A stretch of DNA of 64,000 bases from an uncultured Haloferula sp. (lineage in GTDB: Bacteria; Verrucomicrobiota; Verrucomicrobiia; Verrucomicrobiales; Akkermansiaceae). The notes under the pieces are model-generated. The model did not search any database and was not told the origin of the DNA. It saw only the letters and a program-made list of their open reading frames with translations. Below, piece by piece: positions 36,681-46,765 of this stretch (its first letter is position 1; each line of letters opens with the position of its first letter). The position numbers and the translations under genes were made by a program. The stretch is from NCBI GenBank assembly GCA_965652295.1, contig CBFGTS010000017.1, positions 1 through 64,000 on the forward strand, written 5' to 3'.

Positions 36681-38140
36681 CGTTTCGGGCGCAGCCGCGC
36701 GGGTGGAAGGTAGTCATCGAGGTAGCTCCGCGTCCACACCCGGCCGGTCTCGCGACGTTCGGCGCGGGTGGTGAAGCGGTAGAGGAAATAGCGCGCCCGG
36801 ATGAAGACCGGCGGCGCGTCGGGAAACGGGTTCGTCTTGAGCAGGCGCAGCACGGCGCGATCCCCCTCCAGCAGCTTGCCGATGAATGCGAGGAACCACG
36901 TTTCCTCCCGCATCACCGCGATCCCGCGCGGCGTCACCCTCACGGAAAACGGCAGGAACCACATCAGCCAGTCGAGCCGCAGATGGTAGGGCGCGATCAC
37001 CGGCGGGATGCGATCGAGCCGACCGGGCTTGGCCTTGAACTCGTACGGCAGCCACTCCGCCGCGGGATCGTCCGCCACTTCGGCGCGGGTACCTTCGATC
37101 ACGATCTCGTAACGTTTTTCCGTGACGGTTCCGAACGCGCCGTAGGCATTCACGAGGTGCCAGCGGTTCCAACAGTAATTCATGAGCTGGCGGCTTGAGC
37201 ACAGGTTGCGCGCGGGGGAAATGCTGAGGTAAACGGTCCACCCGGCCAGTAGGGCCAGAGCCATGTCCCACGCGAAAGGTCGCGGAGCCAGCGCGGCGGG
37301 TGGGTCCAGCGGCGTGATACCCGCCAGCCACGCGCCGGGCAGGGCGGTGGAGGCCAGCACCACGGTCAGCCAGTTCAGCCACCCGTAGTTCCCCGCGACG
37401 ATCAGCAGAAGCTGGTGCAGGATGATCAGCCCTGCCGCGATCCCCGCCGCCGGCTGCGGCAGGAACAGGCCGAACGGGGCTACGATCTGCACGGCGTGGC
37501 TGAACACCACGCCACCGCGCAGCGCCGACCGCGGAAGCTGGTGGAGCAGACGGCTCAGCGGGTTCGGCAGCGGCTGGGTTTCGTGATGAAAAAACAGCGC
37601 CGTGCGGTCACGCCAGGTGCCGCCAGCCCGCAGCTTGATCAGGCCTGCACCGACCTCCACGCGGAACAGCATCCAGCGCAGGATCAGCAGCGGCAGGATC
37701 GATGGTTCCATCCATTCCGGACCCAGGAACGCGGCGAAGAACCCGGCCTCCAGCAGCATCGATTCCCAGCCGAAGCTGTAGAAGGTCTGCCCGACATTCA
37801 CGATCGAGAGATAGAGGAACCACACCGCCAGCCACGCGATCATCGCCACACCCAGCGGGGCGGCCGAAAATGCGCCGAGCGCGAGCGCCAGGGAAATCGC
37901 GATCCCGATCCAGGCGACGAGCCGCAGCAGCCCATCGGAGTATCGCCCATGGAAAAGCGAGGGCGCTTCGCGGAAACGCCGGTGTTTCAAAAACTCCGGA
38001 GCCGGCAGCAGCCCGCGCTCGCCGAGGAGCGCCGGGAACTGGTTGAGCGCGGAGAGAAAGGCGAGGACATACAGGACCCCCAGCCCGCGCTCGAACCAGA
38101 AGCGGGCATGCCATGCATCGGGTGCCGACAGGAAATCCAT
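36677..38140 (-). CDS. Lipase maturation factor (LMF1) family membrane protein
   Basis: LLGERGLLP, FYSFGWESMLLEAGF, GLIKLR, HHETQPLPNPLS, GNYGWLN, NAYGAFG, PYHLRLDWLMWF; start moved to ATG 38140. Confidence 0.92.
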   Translation of the reverse strand: MDFLSAPDAWHARFWFERGLGVLYVLAFLSALNQFPALLGERGLLPAPEFLKHRRFREAPSLFHGRYSDGLLRLVAWIGIAISLALALGAFSAAPLGVAMIAWLAVWFLYLSIVNVGQTFYSFGWESMLLEAGFFAAFLGPEWMEPSILPLLILRWMLFRVEVGAGLIKLRAGGTWRDRTALFFHHETQPLPNPLSRLLHQLPRSALRGGVVFSHAVQIVAPFGLFLPQPAAGIAAGLIILHQLLLIVAGNYGWLNWLTVVLASTALPGAWLAGITPLDPPAALAPRPFAWDMALALLAGWTVYLSISPARNLCSSRQLMNYCWNRWHLVNAYGAFGTVTEKRYEIVIEGTRAEVADDPAAEWLPYEFKAKPGRLDRIPPVIAPYHLRLDWLMWFLPFSVRVTPRGIAVMREETWFLAFIGKLLEGDRAVLRLLKTNPFPDAPPVFIRARYFLYRFTTRAERRETGRVWTRSYLDDYLPPARLRPKR

Positions 38141-38204
38141 GAGCCCCCACGGTAACACCCCGCGGTGTCTTGCCAAATCGTGGACGACCCGCAGAGTGAG
38201 CCGG

Positions 38205-39731
38205 ATGAAAGCCGCAGCGTGGATCTGGATCGGGCTTCTGACCGTCACGCTGGTGCTGGCATTCACGGGTCCCGGTGCGGGCTGGATCGCCTGCTGGCCG
38301 GCGGTGGTGGCGCTGGGCGTGATCGTGACCACCCGGCACGCCGCGGCCGGGCTGGCAGCGGGGGTGGTGGCCGGGTCGTTGCTGCTCGCGGGCGGGCGAC
38401 CGGTCGAGGCGCTGCGGATCGGCCTCGGCGGGCATCTGTTTCCCTCGCTGGAGGGCTCCTGGCACATTGGCGCGCTGGTCTTCACCTTGTTGCTCGGAGC
38501 CTTCGCCGGGGTGCTCGAATCCTCCGGAGGTTTCGACGCCCTGCTGCGGCGGATGCTCCGCGGCGGCACGGCCGACCGACGTGTACTAGGCTCGACGTAT
38601 TTGCTCGGGCTGCTGTGTTTCTTCGATGGCCTCGCCAACAGCCTGCTGATGGGCCGCATCGCCCGCCCGGCCGCCGACCGTGCCGGAGTTTCGCGGGAAA
38701 AACTGGCGTGGGTCGTCGATTCCACCAGCTCTCCGGTCGCCTGCGTGGCCTTCATTTCCACCTGGATCGCCACCCAGCTCACCCTGATCGGCGACAGCCT
38801 TCCCGGCGCGGATCCCTATGCGCTCTACTTCCAGTCCATCCCCGGAAATCCCTACTGCGTGCTGACGCTGGTACTGGTCCCGGCGGCGATTTTCCTGCGC
38901 TGGGAACCCGGCCCGATGAGGCGTGCGCGGCCGGCCCCCGCAGAGATGGACCCCCCCGGCCCCGCGCACGCCACCGGCATCTGGCGCGCCCTTGTGCCGC
39001 TGGGAGTGCTGGCGGTTTCGATCGCGCTCGGCTTCCAGTTGTTCTCGGGAAATGAAGTGCGGCTGTTCTCGCTGGCCGCTTGGCGGGAGGCCGCCTCGGG
39101 CTTGGCCGGGCCGGTCGCGTTGGTCGCCGGTGCGGGGGCCGGCCTGCTCGCCGCGTTCGCCTGCCATCCGCGCGACGGACGCGCCGGGGCAGCGGCCGTG
39201 ACCGGCGCGGCGGGCCTGCTGCCCGCGCTCGTGATCCTGGTGCTGGCGTGGACTCTGGGAAGTGTGTTCGAGGCGATGGGCGCGGCCGAATCACTGCAAA
39301 CGCTGCTCGGAGAACGGGTCGCCTCCGCCTGGTTGCCGCTGGCGGTTTTCGGCACAGCGGCGTTGACGGCTTTCGCCACTGGCTCGTCGTGGGGAACCAT
39401 GGCGCTCGTCATGCCGCTCGCGCTGGGCCTGGCCGGGGCGGCCTCTGATCTCGATCCCGCGCTGCTGCCCGCGATCATTGGGGCGGTCTTCGGCGGCGCG
39501 GTGTTCGGTGATCACGCCAGCCCGTTTTCCGACACCACCATCGTCAGCGCGCTGGCCTCCGGCTGCGAACCGGTCGCCCATGTCATCACGCAACTGCCCT
39601 ACGCCCTCACCGCGGCGGGCGCGGCGGCGGCGGTCTATGCGGCGATCGCGCTCGGGCTGCCTTCGGGGATCGCCACCGCGGGTGCCAGCGTGCTGCTCGT
39701 CGGTGGGATTGCTCTGGGATCAAGGAAATAA
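38205..39731 (+). CDS. Na+/H+ antiporter NhaC family protein
   Basis: FFDGLAN, VSREKLAWVVDSTSSP, FATGSSWGTM, GAVFGDHASPFSDTTIVS; start moved to ATG 38205. Confidence 0.88.
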   Translation: MKAAAWIWIGLLTVTLVLAFTGPGAGWIACWPAVVALGVIVTTRHAAAGLAAGVVAGSLLLAGGRPVEALRIGLGGHLFPSLEGSWHIGALVFTLLLGAFAGVLESSGGFDALLRRMLRGGTADRRVLGSTYLLGLLCFFDGLANSLLMGRIARPAADRAGVSREKLAWVVDSTSSPVACVAFISTWIATQLTLIGDSLPGADPYALYFQSIPGNPYCVLTLVLVPAAIFLRWEPGPMRRARPAPAEMDPPGPAHATGIWRALVPLGVLAVSIALGFQLFSGNEVRLFSLAAWREAASGLAGPVALVAGAGAGLLAAFACHPRDGRAGAAAVTGAAGLLPALVILVLAWTLGSVFEAMGAAESLQTLLGERVASAWLPLAVFGTAALTAFATGSSWGTMALVMPLALGLAGAASDLDPALLPAIIGAVFGGAVFGDHASPFSDTTIVSALASGCEPVAHVITQLPYALTAAGAAAAVYAAIALGLPSGIATAGASVLLVGGIALGSRK

Positions 39732-40982
39732 CCCGCGCTGGGCTTTGACGTCGGAGACGGTTTTGACCGCCAGCGCCTGGGCGGCGGTGCGGACGGTCAG
39801 CTTGAAGCGATCCGCGAACTGGAGGACGCGTGCGAAGGCGGTCTCAAGCTGCGTTTCGAGGCGCGAGATCACCTCCCGCTCGGTCCATTGGTAGCGCTGG
39901 AGGTTCTGCACCCACTCGAAGTAGGAAACGGTGACGCCGCCGGCATTGCACAGCACATCGGGGATGATGAAGACGTCGCCGCGCTCCGCGAGGATCGCAT
40001 CCGCCTCGGGTGTGGTCGGGCCGTTGGCACCCTCGGCCAGCACCTTGCAGCGGAGCTTCAGGGCGTTGTCCCGGGTGATCACCTGACCGGCCGCGGCGGG
40101 GGCCAGGATGTCACATTCCTGCCAGAGCATTTCCTCCGCATCGATACGATCGCCGCCGTCGAAATCCTCGACTCCGCCGGTGGTGCGGACGTAATTCGCG
40201 AGCTTCGTCAGGTCGAGGCCCGCCTCATTCCAAACCGCTCCGGTGATATCGGCCACACCGCGCACCTTCACGCCGTATGAGGCCAGCGTGAGCGCGGTGT
40301 GCAGGCCGACGTTTCCGAAGCCCTGGACGATCGCGCTCGCCTGGCGGATCGGCACGCCGAGCTTGTCGAGCGCGCGGGAGGCGAGGAAGGCGACGCCGTG
40401 GCCGGTGGCGCGCGTGCGTCCGGCGGAGCCCTGAAGGTTCAGCGGCTTGCCGGTGACAATGCCCGGAACGAGGTGGCCGGCGTGGGTCGAATAGGTATCG
40501 AGCATCCACGCCATCGTCTGCTCGTTGGTGCCCATGTCGGGCGCCATCACGTCGATGTTCTCGCCGATGAAGGGGATCATCTCCATGGTGAAGCGGCGGG
40601 TGATCCGCTCCAGCTCGGCGATGGACAAAGTACGAGGGTCGCAGTTGATGCCGCCTTTGCCGCCGCCGAAGGGCAGGTTCATGAGCGCGCACTTCCAGTT
40701 CATCCACATGGCCAGCGCGGCAACCTCGCCGAGATCGACGTCCGGGCTGTAGCGCAGGCCACCTTTCACGGGGCCGCGGGTCAGGTGGTGCTGCACACGG
40801 TGGCCGAAGTAGACCCGCGTCGAGCCATCGTCGTGGCGCACCGGCACGGTCACGGTGATGAGCCGCTTCGGCCACTTGCAGCGCTCGCGGAGTTCGTCGT
40901 TGAGTTCGAGGAAATCGGCCACCTGGTCGAACTGGGTCGAGGCCATGGCGAACATGGAGTTTTTGAGGAGTTCGGTCCGCAT
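39720..40982 (-). CDS. gdhA: Glu/Leu/Phe/Val dehydrogenase (glutamate dehydrogenase)
   Basis: KGGLRY, LPFGGGKGG, APDMGT, GIVTGKP, QGFGNVG, EGANGP, NAGGVTVSYFEWVQN. Confidence 0.95.
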   Translation of the reverse strand: MRTELLKNSMFAMASTQFDQVADFLELNDELRERCKWPKRLITVTVPVRHDDGSTRVYFGHRVQHHLTRGPVKGGLRYSPDVDLGEVAALAMWMNWKCALMNLPFGGGKGGINCDPRTLSIAELERITRRFTMEMIPFIGENIDVMAPDMGTNEQTMAWMLDTYSTHAGHLVPGIVTGKPLNLQGSAGRTRATGHGVAFLASRALDKLGVPIRQASAIVQGFGNVGLHTALTLASYGVKVRGVADITGAVWNEAGLDLTKLANYVRTTGGVEDFDGGDRIDAEEMLWQECDILAPAAAGQVITRDNALKLRCKVLAEGANGPTTPEADAILAERGDVFIIPDVLCNAGGVTVSYFEWVQNLQRYQWTEREVISRLETQLETAFARVLQFADRFKLTVRTAAQALAVKTVSDVKAQRGLFP

Positions 40983-41102
40983 GGTGGAGGCATAGACGCG
41001 TCTGCGGAGGATCGCGAGGGATTTGAGGGTCTGTGTGCACAGCCCGGAATTTGCCCTGCTTCAATAAACCTCGGCCCGGAAACGGAGGTAGCTCTCCGAC
41101 CC

Positions 41103-43772
41103 ATGACGCTTCCACCGATTCCGCTGTTCCTCGCCTCCGCAGCCACCGCCTTCCTCCATGCGGCCGAGGTGGCACCGCCTTTGGAATCCTCGCCGGCGGA
41201 AGCGACGGCGGTGAATCCGGTCGATTGGCTTGACCCGATGATCGGTGCCGCGGGCCGTGGGTCGTGCCCGCCCGGGCCGGTGCTGCCTCATGCTTCCATT
41301 TATCCGAGCCCCGATACGCTGGAACCGGCCGCCTCGGGATACCGGCATGGCAGCCCGATCGTGGGCTTTTCCCAGCTTCACGCCTCGGGTGCGGGCAGCA
41401 GCACCGTTTCGTTCGGAAATTTCCTCGTGTCTCCTCGGATCGGAGCTGCCACGGAGGAGAAGGAACATGCCTCGGAAATGTCGGAGATGGAGGCCAGGCC
41501 GTGGGCTTTCCGTGGAGTGCTCGATCGCTGGAAAACCCGCTGCACCGTGGTGCCGGCCCGCCGGGCAGCGCTCTATCAATTCGAGTTTCCGGCAGATGGT
41601 GACGCGCGGATCTGTTTCGATGTCGCACGCAAGTTGGGGAAGAGCGATGGCATGCGTGAGGGGACGCTGGAGATCGATGCGAAGAGTGGCGAGATCAGCG
41701 GCGGCGGAACCTTCGATGGCAACTGGAACCCGGCTCCCTACGAGCTGTTCTTTTGCGCCAAGGTGGACCGTGTGCCCGTGTCGGTCGGAGCGTGGGAGGG
41801 TGAGCGGGTCACCGAGGGAAGCACGCGGGCGGCGATTCGCGCACGGGGGCGGATGGGCGCCTGGATGGCCTTCGACACCACGGATGAAAGGCCCGTGCGG
41901 CTGAAGATCGCGGTGTCATTCCGCTCGGTGGAAAAGGCCAGGGAGTATCTCGATGCGGATATCCCGGCGTGGGATCTGGCGGCGCTCGAGACCGATGCCC
42001 GGCAGGCTTGGGTTCAGGCTGTTTCGGCGGTGGAAGTCCCGGGCATCGACCCGGCGGAGGGACGCAAGCTCTATACGGCCCTGTTTCACAGCCTCATCCA
42101 ACCGCGGAACCGCACCGGCGACGCCGAGGAATTCCCCGATGACGCGGAGTTCTGGGATGACCAGTACACCTGCTGGGACACATGGCTGACTTTGTTTCCG
42201 TTGCTGACGATCATCCAACCAGAGACGTTGGCCTCGATCGTGAACTCCTTCGGCGAACGCCAGGAACACAATGGTCGGGCAGAAACCGCCTTCATCCAGG
42301 GAAAGGATTATCAGGTCGGTCAGGGCGGCGACGAAGTGGACGTCATCATCGCCGATGCCTTTGCGAAGAAGGTGCCGGGCATCGACTGGGAGGGGGTTTG
42401 GAAGCTCCTCGCAGCTCACGCCAAGCGTCGCATGCCCGACTATCTCAAGCTCGGATACGTCGCGAGCGACGGAGACCATGGCGACTACGACTGGCGGACC
42501 CGCTCGGGCTCTTCGACGCTGGCGTTCGCCTACCAGGACTGGGCTGTGGCGCAGGTCGCCCGCGGGCTGGGCGAGCGTGCGCTGGCGGACCGGCTGCTCA
42601 AGCGCTCCGGGTCGTGGCGCGAGGTTTGGGACGAGGAGGCCAGCGGCGATGGCTTCACCGGCTTCGTCCGAGCCCGGAAAAAAAACGGCAGGTTCAGTGA
42701 CACTCCCCTGACCGGAGGCGACGATTTCTATCAGGGAACCTCCTGGAACTACTCGTGGAACGTGCCCCACGAGCGCGATGCGATGATCGGGAAAATGGGA
42801 GGGCGTGCGCGTTTCCTGCAGCGCCTCGATTTCGCCTTCAGGCAGGAGAGCAACGCCTACGTGGACTACACCAATGAGGTGTGCTTCCACAGCACCTGGC
42901 TCTTCGCGCACGCGGGCAGGCCCTATCTCAGCTCGCACTGGGCCGATCGCCTTCGGCAGCACTACGGACCGGACTCGTTTCCCGGCGATGAGGATTCCGG
43001 CGCGATGTCGTCCCTCTATTTTTTCCTGACCGCCGGGTTTTTCCCCATCGCGGGTCAGGACCTTTACTATCTTCACGGTCCGCGGATCCCGCAGCTCGAT
43101 TTCCATCTGGCGAATGGCAGGACCTTCACGATCAAGACGGCCAAGGCCGGGGACGCGAATCCCTACATCCAGGCGGTCACCCTGAACGGCAGACCACTGG
43201 AGCAGCCGGTCATCCGGCATGGCGACCTGATGGAGGGCGGCGTGCTGGCCTTCGAAATGGGAGCCGTTCCGACCACTTGGGGGACGGCCGGCGACTTTAC
43301 CCCGGATCTGCGCAAGAGCCGCAGGATCGAATCGGGAGCGTGGAAAGAGTCCGCCGGCATGCAACGTGCACCGATCCCGCCGGTGACTTTGGAGAAGGAA
43401 GGAGACGCGATCACCCTGGCCGCCCGGTTCGAACCCCGCGAAGAGACAGGGAGGCTCGATTTCAGCTGGGGTATGAACGGATATCTCGCCCACTCCGGCA
43501 GTGAGCCGACCTTCACGAATCCCGCCGGAGAAACGGTCGCGCACTACTCCCTGCCTTCTGCTGCGGCCGCGCCCTGCCGGCTCGTCCTGACGCTGCGGAG
43601 AAACGCCCGTCAGGGCATCGATTTTCATGCGGCGGCCTACCGCGAGTCCGACTCTCAACTGGTCTGCGCGTTCACAGGCAGCGACCCGGCGCCGGCTTCC
43701 TACCGGATCGGTGAAGCGGTGTTTTCGAGCGACCACGAAGGCGAACTCCGCGCTGTCATGGCGACACCGTAG
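41103..43772 (+). CDS. Glycoside hydrolase family 92 (alpha-mannosidase-like), exported, with extra C-terminal domain
   Basis: Signal peptide; SPDT, GFSQLHASGAG, LYTALFH, WDTW, YQGTSWNYSWNVPH, NE, PGDEDSGAMSS; start moved to ATG 41103. Confidence 0.9.
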   Translation: MTLPPIPLFLASAATAFLHAAEVAPPLESSPAEATAVNPVDWLDPMIGAAGRGSCPPGPVLPHASIYPSPDTLEPAASGYRHGSPIVGFSQLHASGAGSSTVSFGNFLVSPRIGAATEEKEHASEMSEMEARPWAFRGVLDRWKTRCTVVPARRAALYQFEFPADGDARICFDVARKLGKSDGMREGTLEIDAKSGEISGGGTFDGNWNPAPYELFFCAKVDRVPVSVGAWEGERVTEGSTRAAIRARGRMGAWMAFDTTDERPVRLKIAVSFRSVEKAREYLDADIPAWDLAALETDARQAWVQAVSAVEVPGIDPAEGRKLYTALFHSLIQPRNRTGDAEEFPDDAEFWDDQYTCWDTWLTLFPLLTIIQPETLASIVNSFGERQEHNGRAETAFIQGKDYQVGQGGDEVDVIIADAFAKKVPGIDWEGVWKLLAAHAKRRMPDYLKLGYVASDGDHGDYDWRTRSGSSTLAFAYQDWAVAQVARGLGERALADRLLKRSGSWREVWDEEASGDGFTGFVRARKKNGRFSDTPLTGGDDFYQGTSWNYSWNVPHERDAMIGKMGGRARFLQRLDFAFRQESNAYVDYTNEVCFHSTWLFAHAGRPYLSSHWADRLRQHYGPDSFPGDEDSGAMSSLYFFLTAGFFPIAGQDLYYLHGPRIPQLDFHLANGRTFTIKTAKAGDANPYIQAVTLNGRPLEQPVIRHGDLMEGGVLAFEMGAVPTTWGTAGDFTPDLRKSRRIESGAWKESAGMQRAPIPPVTLEKEGDAITLAARFEPREETGRLDFSWGMNGYLAHSGSEPTFTNPAGETVAHYSLPSAAAAPCRLVLTLRRNARQGIDFHAAAYRESDSQLVCAFTGSDPAPASYRIGEAVFSSDHEGELRAVMATP

Positions 43773-43841
43773 GCCGCCGGCGGCAGAGGAGCACGCTCTG
43801 TGCTCGTCGCCGACCCGTCGGCCGCCTAGCGTGGCGGGGAA

Positions 43842-45896
43842 ATGGAGCGTCTGCGGGTTGATGGAAGGTTCCTCCGGCAAGGGTCGGAGCGGATTTTTCT
43901 GCGCTTGGTGACCTACGGCCCCTTCCCCGGCGGCTGGCCGGCGGAGATGGCGGAGGATTTCCTGTGGATCCGGGCGGCGGGCTTCGATGCGGTGCGGCTC
44001 TACTCGTGGCCCGGGGCCGATCTGCTCGATGCGGCGGGGGCGGCCGGGCTCCATGTTTTCGCCGCTCCGGAGTGGCCGCAGGCGGTGGACCTCCGCGATG
44101 GCGAAGCGCTCGGCATTGCCCGCGCGGCCTTGGCCGGCGGCCTGGCGGGGATCGGCAACCATCCGGCGCTGGCCGGCGTGTTCGTGGCGAACGAGATTCC
44201 CGCCGACCTGGTGCGCTGGATGGGCGCGGACTGGACGCGGCGGAGGATCGAGGCGCTGATCGATTTCGGCCGCGAGCGGGCACCGCACCTGATCTGGGCC
44301 TACGCCAACTATCCGACCACCGAATACCTTGAGCCGGGCAACGCCGACCTGACGGCGATGAATGTTTATCTGGAGGACCCGGTGGCTTTCCGCCGCTACC
44401 TGCGCCGGCTGCATCACATCGCGGGCGACCGTCCGCTGCTGCTTTCCGAGTTCGGCATGGATTCGCAGCGACACGGCGTGGAGAGGCAGGCGGCGATGTT
44501 GGAGGCGGCGGTGCGTGCGGCCCGCGAGGAAGGAACCGCGGGATTCACGGTCTATGCGTGGAGCGATCGGTGGTTCAACGCGGGCGAGGAGATCACCGAC
44601 TGGGCCTTCGGCCTGATCGATCGCGAAGGGCGGGAAAAACCGGCCCTGACAGCGGTGCGCGAGGCTTTCTTCGAAGAGCCGGCGACACCGGAGAGGGCGT
44701 CGTTTTCCGTGATCGTCTGCACCCGCAACGGACGGGAGAGGATCGGTCCCTGCCTGCGCTCGCTGGAAAAACTCCACGGCCCGCGACCGGAGCTGATCGT
44801 GGTCGATGATGGCTCTACGGACGGCACCGCGGAGATCGTCGAAAGCGAGTTCCCCGGCGTGAAACTCCTCCGCCAGGAACCGTCCGGCCTGAGTGCCGCG
44901 CGCAACGCGGGAGCGGAGGCGGCAGGTGGCGAGCTGCTGGCCTTCACCGATGACGACTGCGAGGCCGACGCGGATTGGCTGGCCGAGCTGGCGGCGGTCT
45001 TCGCCGACGGTTGGGACGCGGTGGGTGGGCCGAACCTGCCGCCGCCGCCCGTCGGGCCGGTCGAGGCGGCGATCGCCTCCGCGCCCGGTGCGGCCAGCCA
45101 CGTGATGCTCGATGACCGCGAGGCCGAGCACGTCCCGGGTTGCAATCTCGCGGTACGACGCACGGCGTATTTCGCCATCGGCGGCTTCGACCCGCGCTTC
45201 CGCACGGCGGGCGATGACGTGGACTTCTGCTGGCGGCTGCGCGATGCGGGGATGCGGATCGGTTTCGCCCCGAACGCCTTCGTCTGGCACCACCGGAGGC
45301 CTTGCGCGGTTGGCTACCTGAAGCAGCAGCTCGGATACGGCCGGGCGGAGGCGCTGCTGATGGCGAAGTTCCCGCGGCGTTTTTCTCCGGCAGGCGATGC
45401 GCGCTGGCAGGGTGTTATCTACACCGGTTCACCGGTCCGCGCGACCGGTTCGGCGGTCATTTACCATGGGCCGATGGGTCTCGCCGGCTATCAGGGGGTG
45501 ATCGCCCGCATGCAGCCGCTGCGGGATCTGGAGGCGGGCTACGATCGACCGTGGGCGCGTGTGCTCCTGAAGACCCTCACCTGGCTTGCCCCGCGGTTGC
45601 GTGCCAAGGCGCGGACCGGGAAATTCATCGGGCCGGTGGACGCCCGTCCGCCCGCGATTCCTCCGGCAGACAAGGAGTTTTTCCATTGGGACCAGAGGCC
45701 GCGGGAAGTGATTCTGCGCGCGTGGCTGGCCGACGGCTGGAAGGCGGCGGGCAGCGGGGATTTCTGGGATTTGGAAAAGCGCGGGACCCGGGTGCTGATC
45801 GCCTGCGAACGCCACGATCACGGTGTGACCCGGGTGTGCGTGAGGGTGTGGGGGAAGATCGACGCGATCGAGTTCCAAAGGAGCGGCGGGCAGTGA
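43842..45896 (+). CDS. Fusion of GH-A clan (GH2-like) TIM barrel and GT2 glycosyltransferase
   Basis: N-terminal VANEIP and LSEFG; C-terminal VIVCTRNG, VVDDGSTD, ARNAG, FTDDD, GGFD, GDDVDFCWR. Confidence 0.88.
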   Translation: MERLRVDGRFLRQGSERIFLRLVTYGPFPGGWPAEMAEDFLWIRAAGFDAVRLYSWPGADLLDAAGAAGLHVFAAPEWPQAVDLRDGEALGIARAALAGGLAGIGNHPALAGVFVANEIPADLVRWMGADWTRRRIEALIDFGRERAPHLIWAYANYPTTEYLEPGNADLTAMNVYLEDPVAFRRYLRRLHHIAGDRPLLLSEFGMDSQRHGVERQAAMLEAAVRAAREEGTAGFTVYAWSDRWFNAGEEITDWAFGLIDREGREKPALTAVREAFFEEPATPERASFSVIVCTRNGRERIGPCLRSLEKLHGPRPELIVVDDGSTDGTAEIVESEFPGVKLLRQEPSGLSAARNAGAEAAGGELLAFTDDDCEADADWLAELAAVFADGWDAVGGPNLPPPPVGPVEAAIASAPGAASHVMLDDREAEHVPGCNLAVRRTAYFAIGGFDPRFRTAGDDVDFCWRLRDAGMRIGFAPNAFVWHHRRPCAVGYLKQQLGYGRAEALLMAKFPRRFSPAGDARWQGVIYTGSPVRATGSAVIYHGPMGLAGYQGVIARMQPLRDLEAGYDRPWARVLLKTLTWLAPRLRAKARTGKFIGPVDARPPAIPPADKEFFHWDQRPREVILRAWLADGWKAAGSGDFWDLEKRGTRVLIACERHDHGVTRVCVRVWGKIDAIEFQRSGGQ

Positions 45897-45995
45897 TCGC
45901 CGGGCAGGGATAGGGCAGCCGGAGTGCTGTCGCAGTCGGGTTCGAGGTCCTTCAGGTGGTTTGTTCCCGCAGAGCCGTAGGGGGAGCTCATTCCT

Positions 45996-46637
45996 TCAAC
46001 CTCTGCCGCGCAGCAACGGATGGCCCTTCTTCGCCTCGGTGATGTGCGGGGGACGCAGGTAGGCGGGCTGGGGGGGCTCGGAGCGGAGGCGGACCTTCGT
46101 TTCCTCCGGCAGGGAAAGCCAGGTCTCGGCGAGGAGCGTGGCCTTCGGATGCAGTTGGACGACCTCCCGACCGAGGCCGAGACGGGTGACGTTTTCGAAA
46201 GAAAAGACCGTCCGGACATCGCCCAACAGCTCCGCCAAGGCGGCGGGATCGAGGAGTTCGGGCTCCGGGATGCCTTTTCCTACGCGGGCCCACCAGGCAC
46301 TGCCGCGGCGCGCGTCGCCGACCGCCACCCCCTCCCTCACCGGGGTCGCCAGCAGCGATGAAAGTCCGACCGCCGGGCAGGCATGAACCAGCGCCACGCC
46401 CTGGCCGGCGGCGATTCCGACCCGCGTGCCGCTGTAGCTGCCAGGGCCGGTCCCGATCACGACCTCATCGAGCCGCTCGTCTCCGAGGATCCGCAGCGCC
46501 TCCTCCAGTGGAGCGAAAAGCAGCGAGTTGTGATTCCGGTCGCTCTCGAAGCCGCCCTCGAAAACACATCCGCTGTCACGGAACAGCGCGAGAGAGGCGC
46601 GGTTCGTGCTGGATTCGATCGCAAGCAAGGTCGGCAC
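45996..46637 (-). CDS. tsaB: tRNA threonylcarbamoyladenosine biosynthesis protein TsaB
   Basis: LLAIESST, GTGPGSYSGTRVG, DARRG, P.YLR. Confidence 0.9.
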   Translation of the reverse strand: MPTLLAIESSTNRASLALFRDSGCVFEGGFESDRNHNSLLFAPLEEALRILGDERLDEVVIGTGPGSYSGTRVGIAAGQGVALVHACPAVGLSSLLATPVREGVAVGDARRGSAWWARVGKGIPEPELLDPAALAELLGDVRTVFSFENVTRLGLGREVVQLHPKATLLAETWLSLPEETKVRLRSEPPQPAYLRPPHITEAKKGHPLLRGRG

Positions 46638-46765
46638 CCCCGGGCGATACCTCCCGAACGCCCGTCTAGCAAGGATTGGGGATTCTCCCTTGCACGGATT
46701 CGGCCGACCCGCTTTGTTGCCTCAGGACCGCCATGAGGGGCGGTTTCCAAAAATTTCCACCAATC

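Noticed and set aside
38141..38782. N-terminal extension of the 701-aa LMF1 ORF
   Set aside because: Overlaps the NhaC gene antisense; family similarity starts at MDFLSAP (38140).
40299..41102. N-terminal 268 aa of the 1157-aa GH92 ORF
   Set aside because: Overlaps gdhA on the opposite strand; a signal peptide begins at ATG 41103.
41916..45293. 1125-aa minus-strand ORF
   Set aside because: Antisense to the well-supported GH92 and GH-GT2 genes; Arg/Gly/Ala-rich shadow translation.
45818..45991. Possible small ORF MSSPYGSAG... after tsaB with a GAAGGA RBS
   Set aside because: It overlaps the 3' end of the GH-GT2 gene antisense and has no recognisable features.
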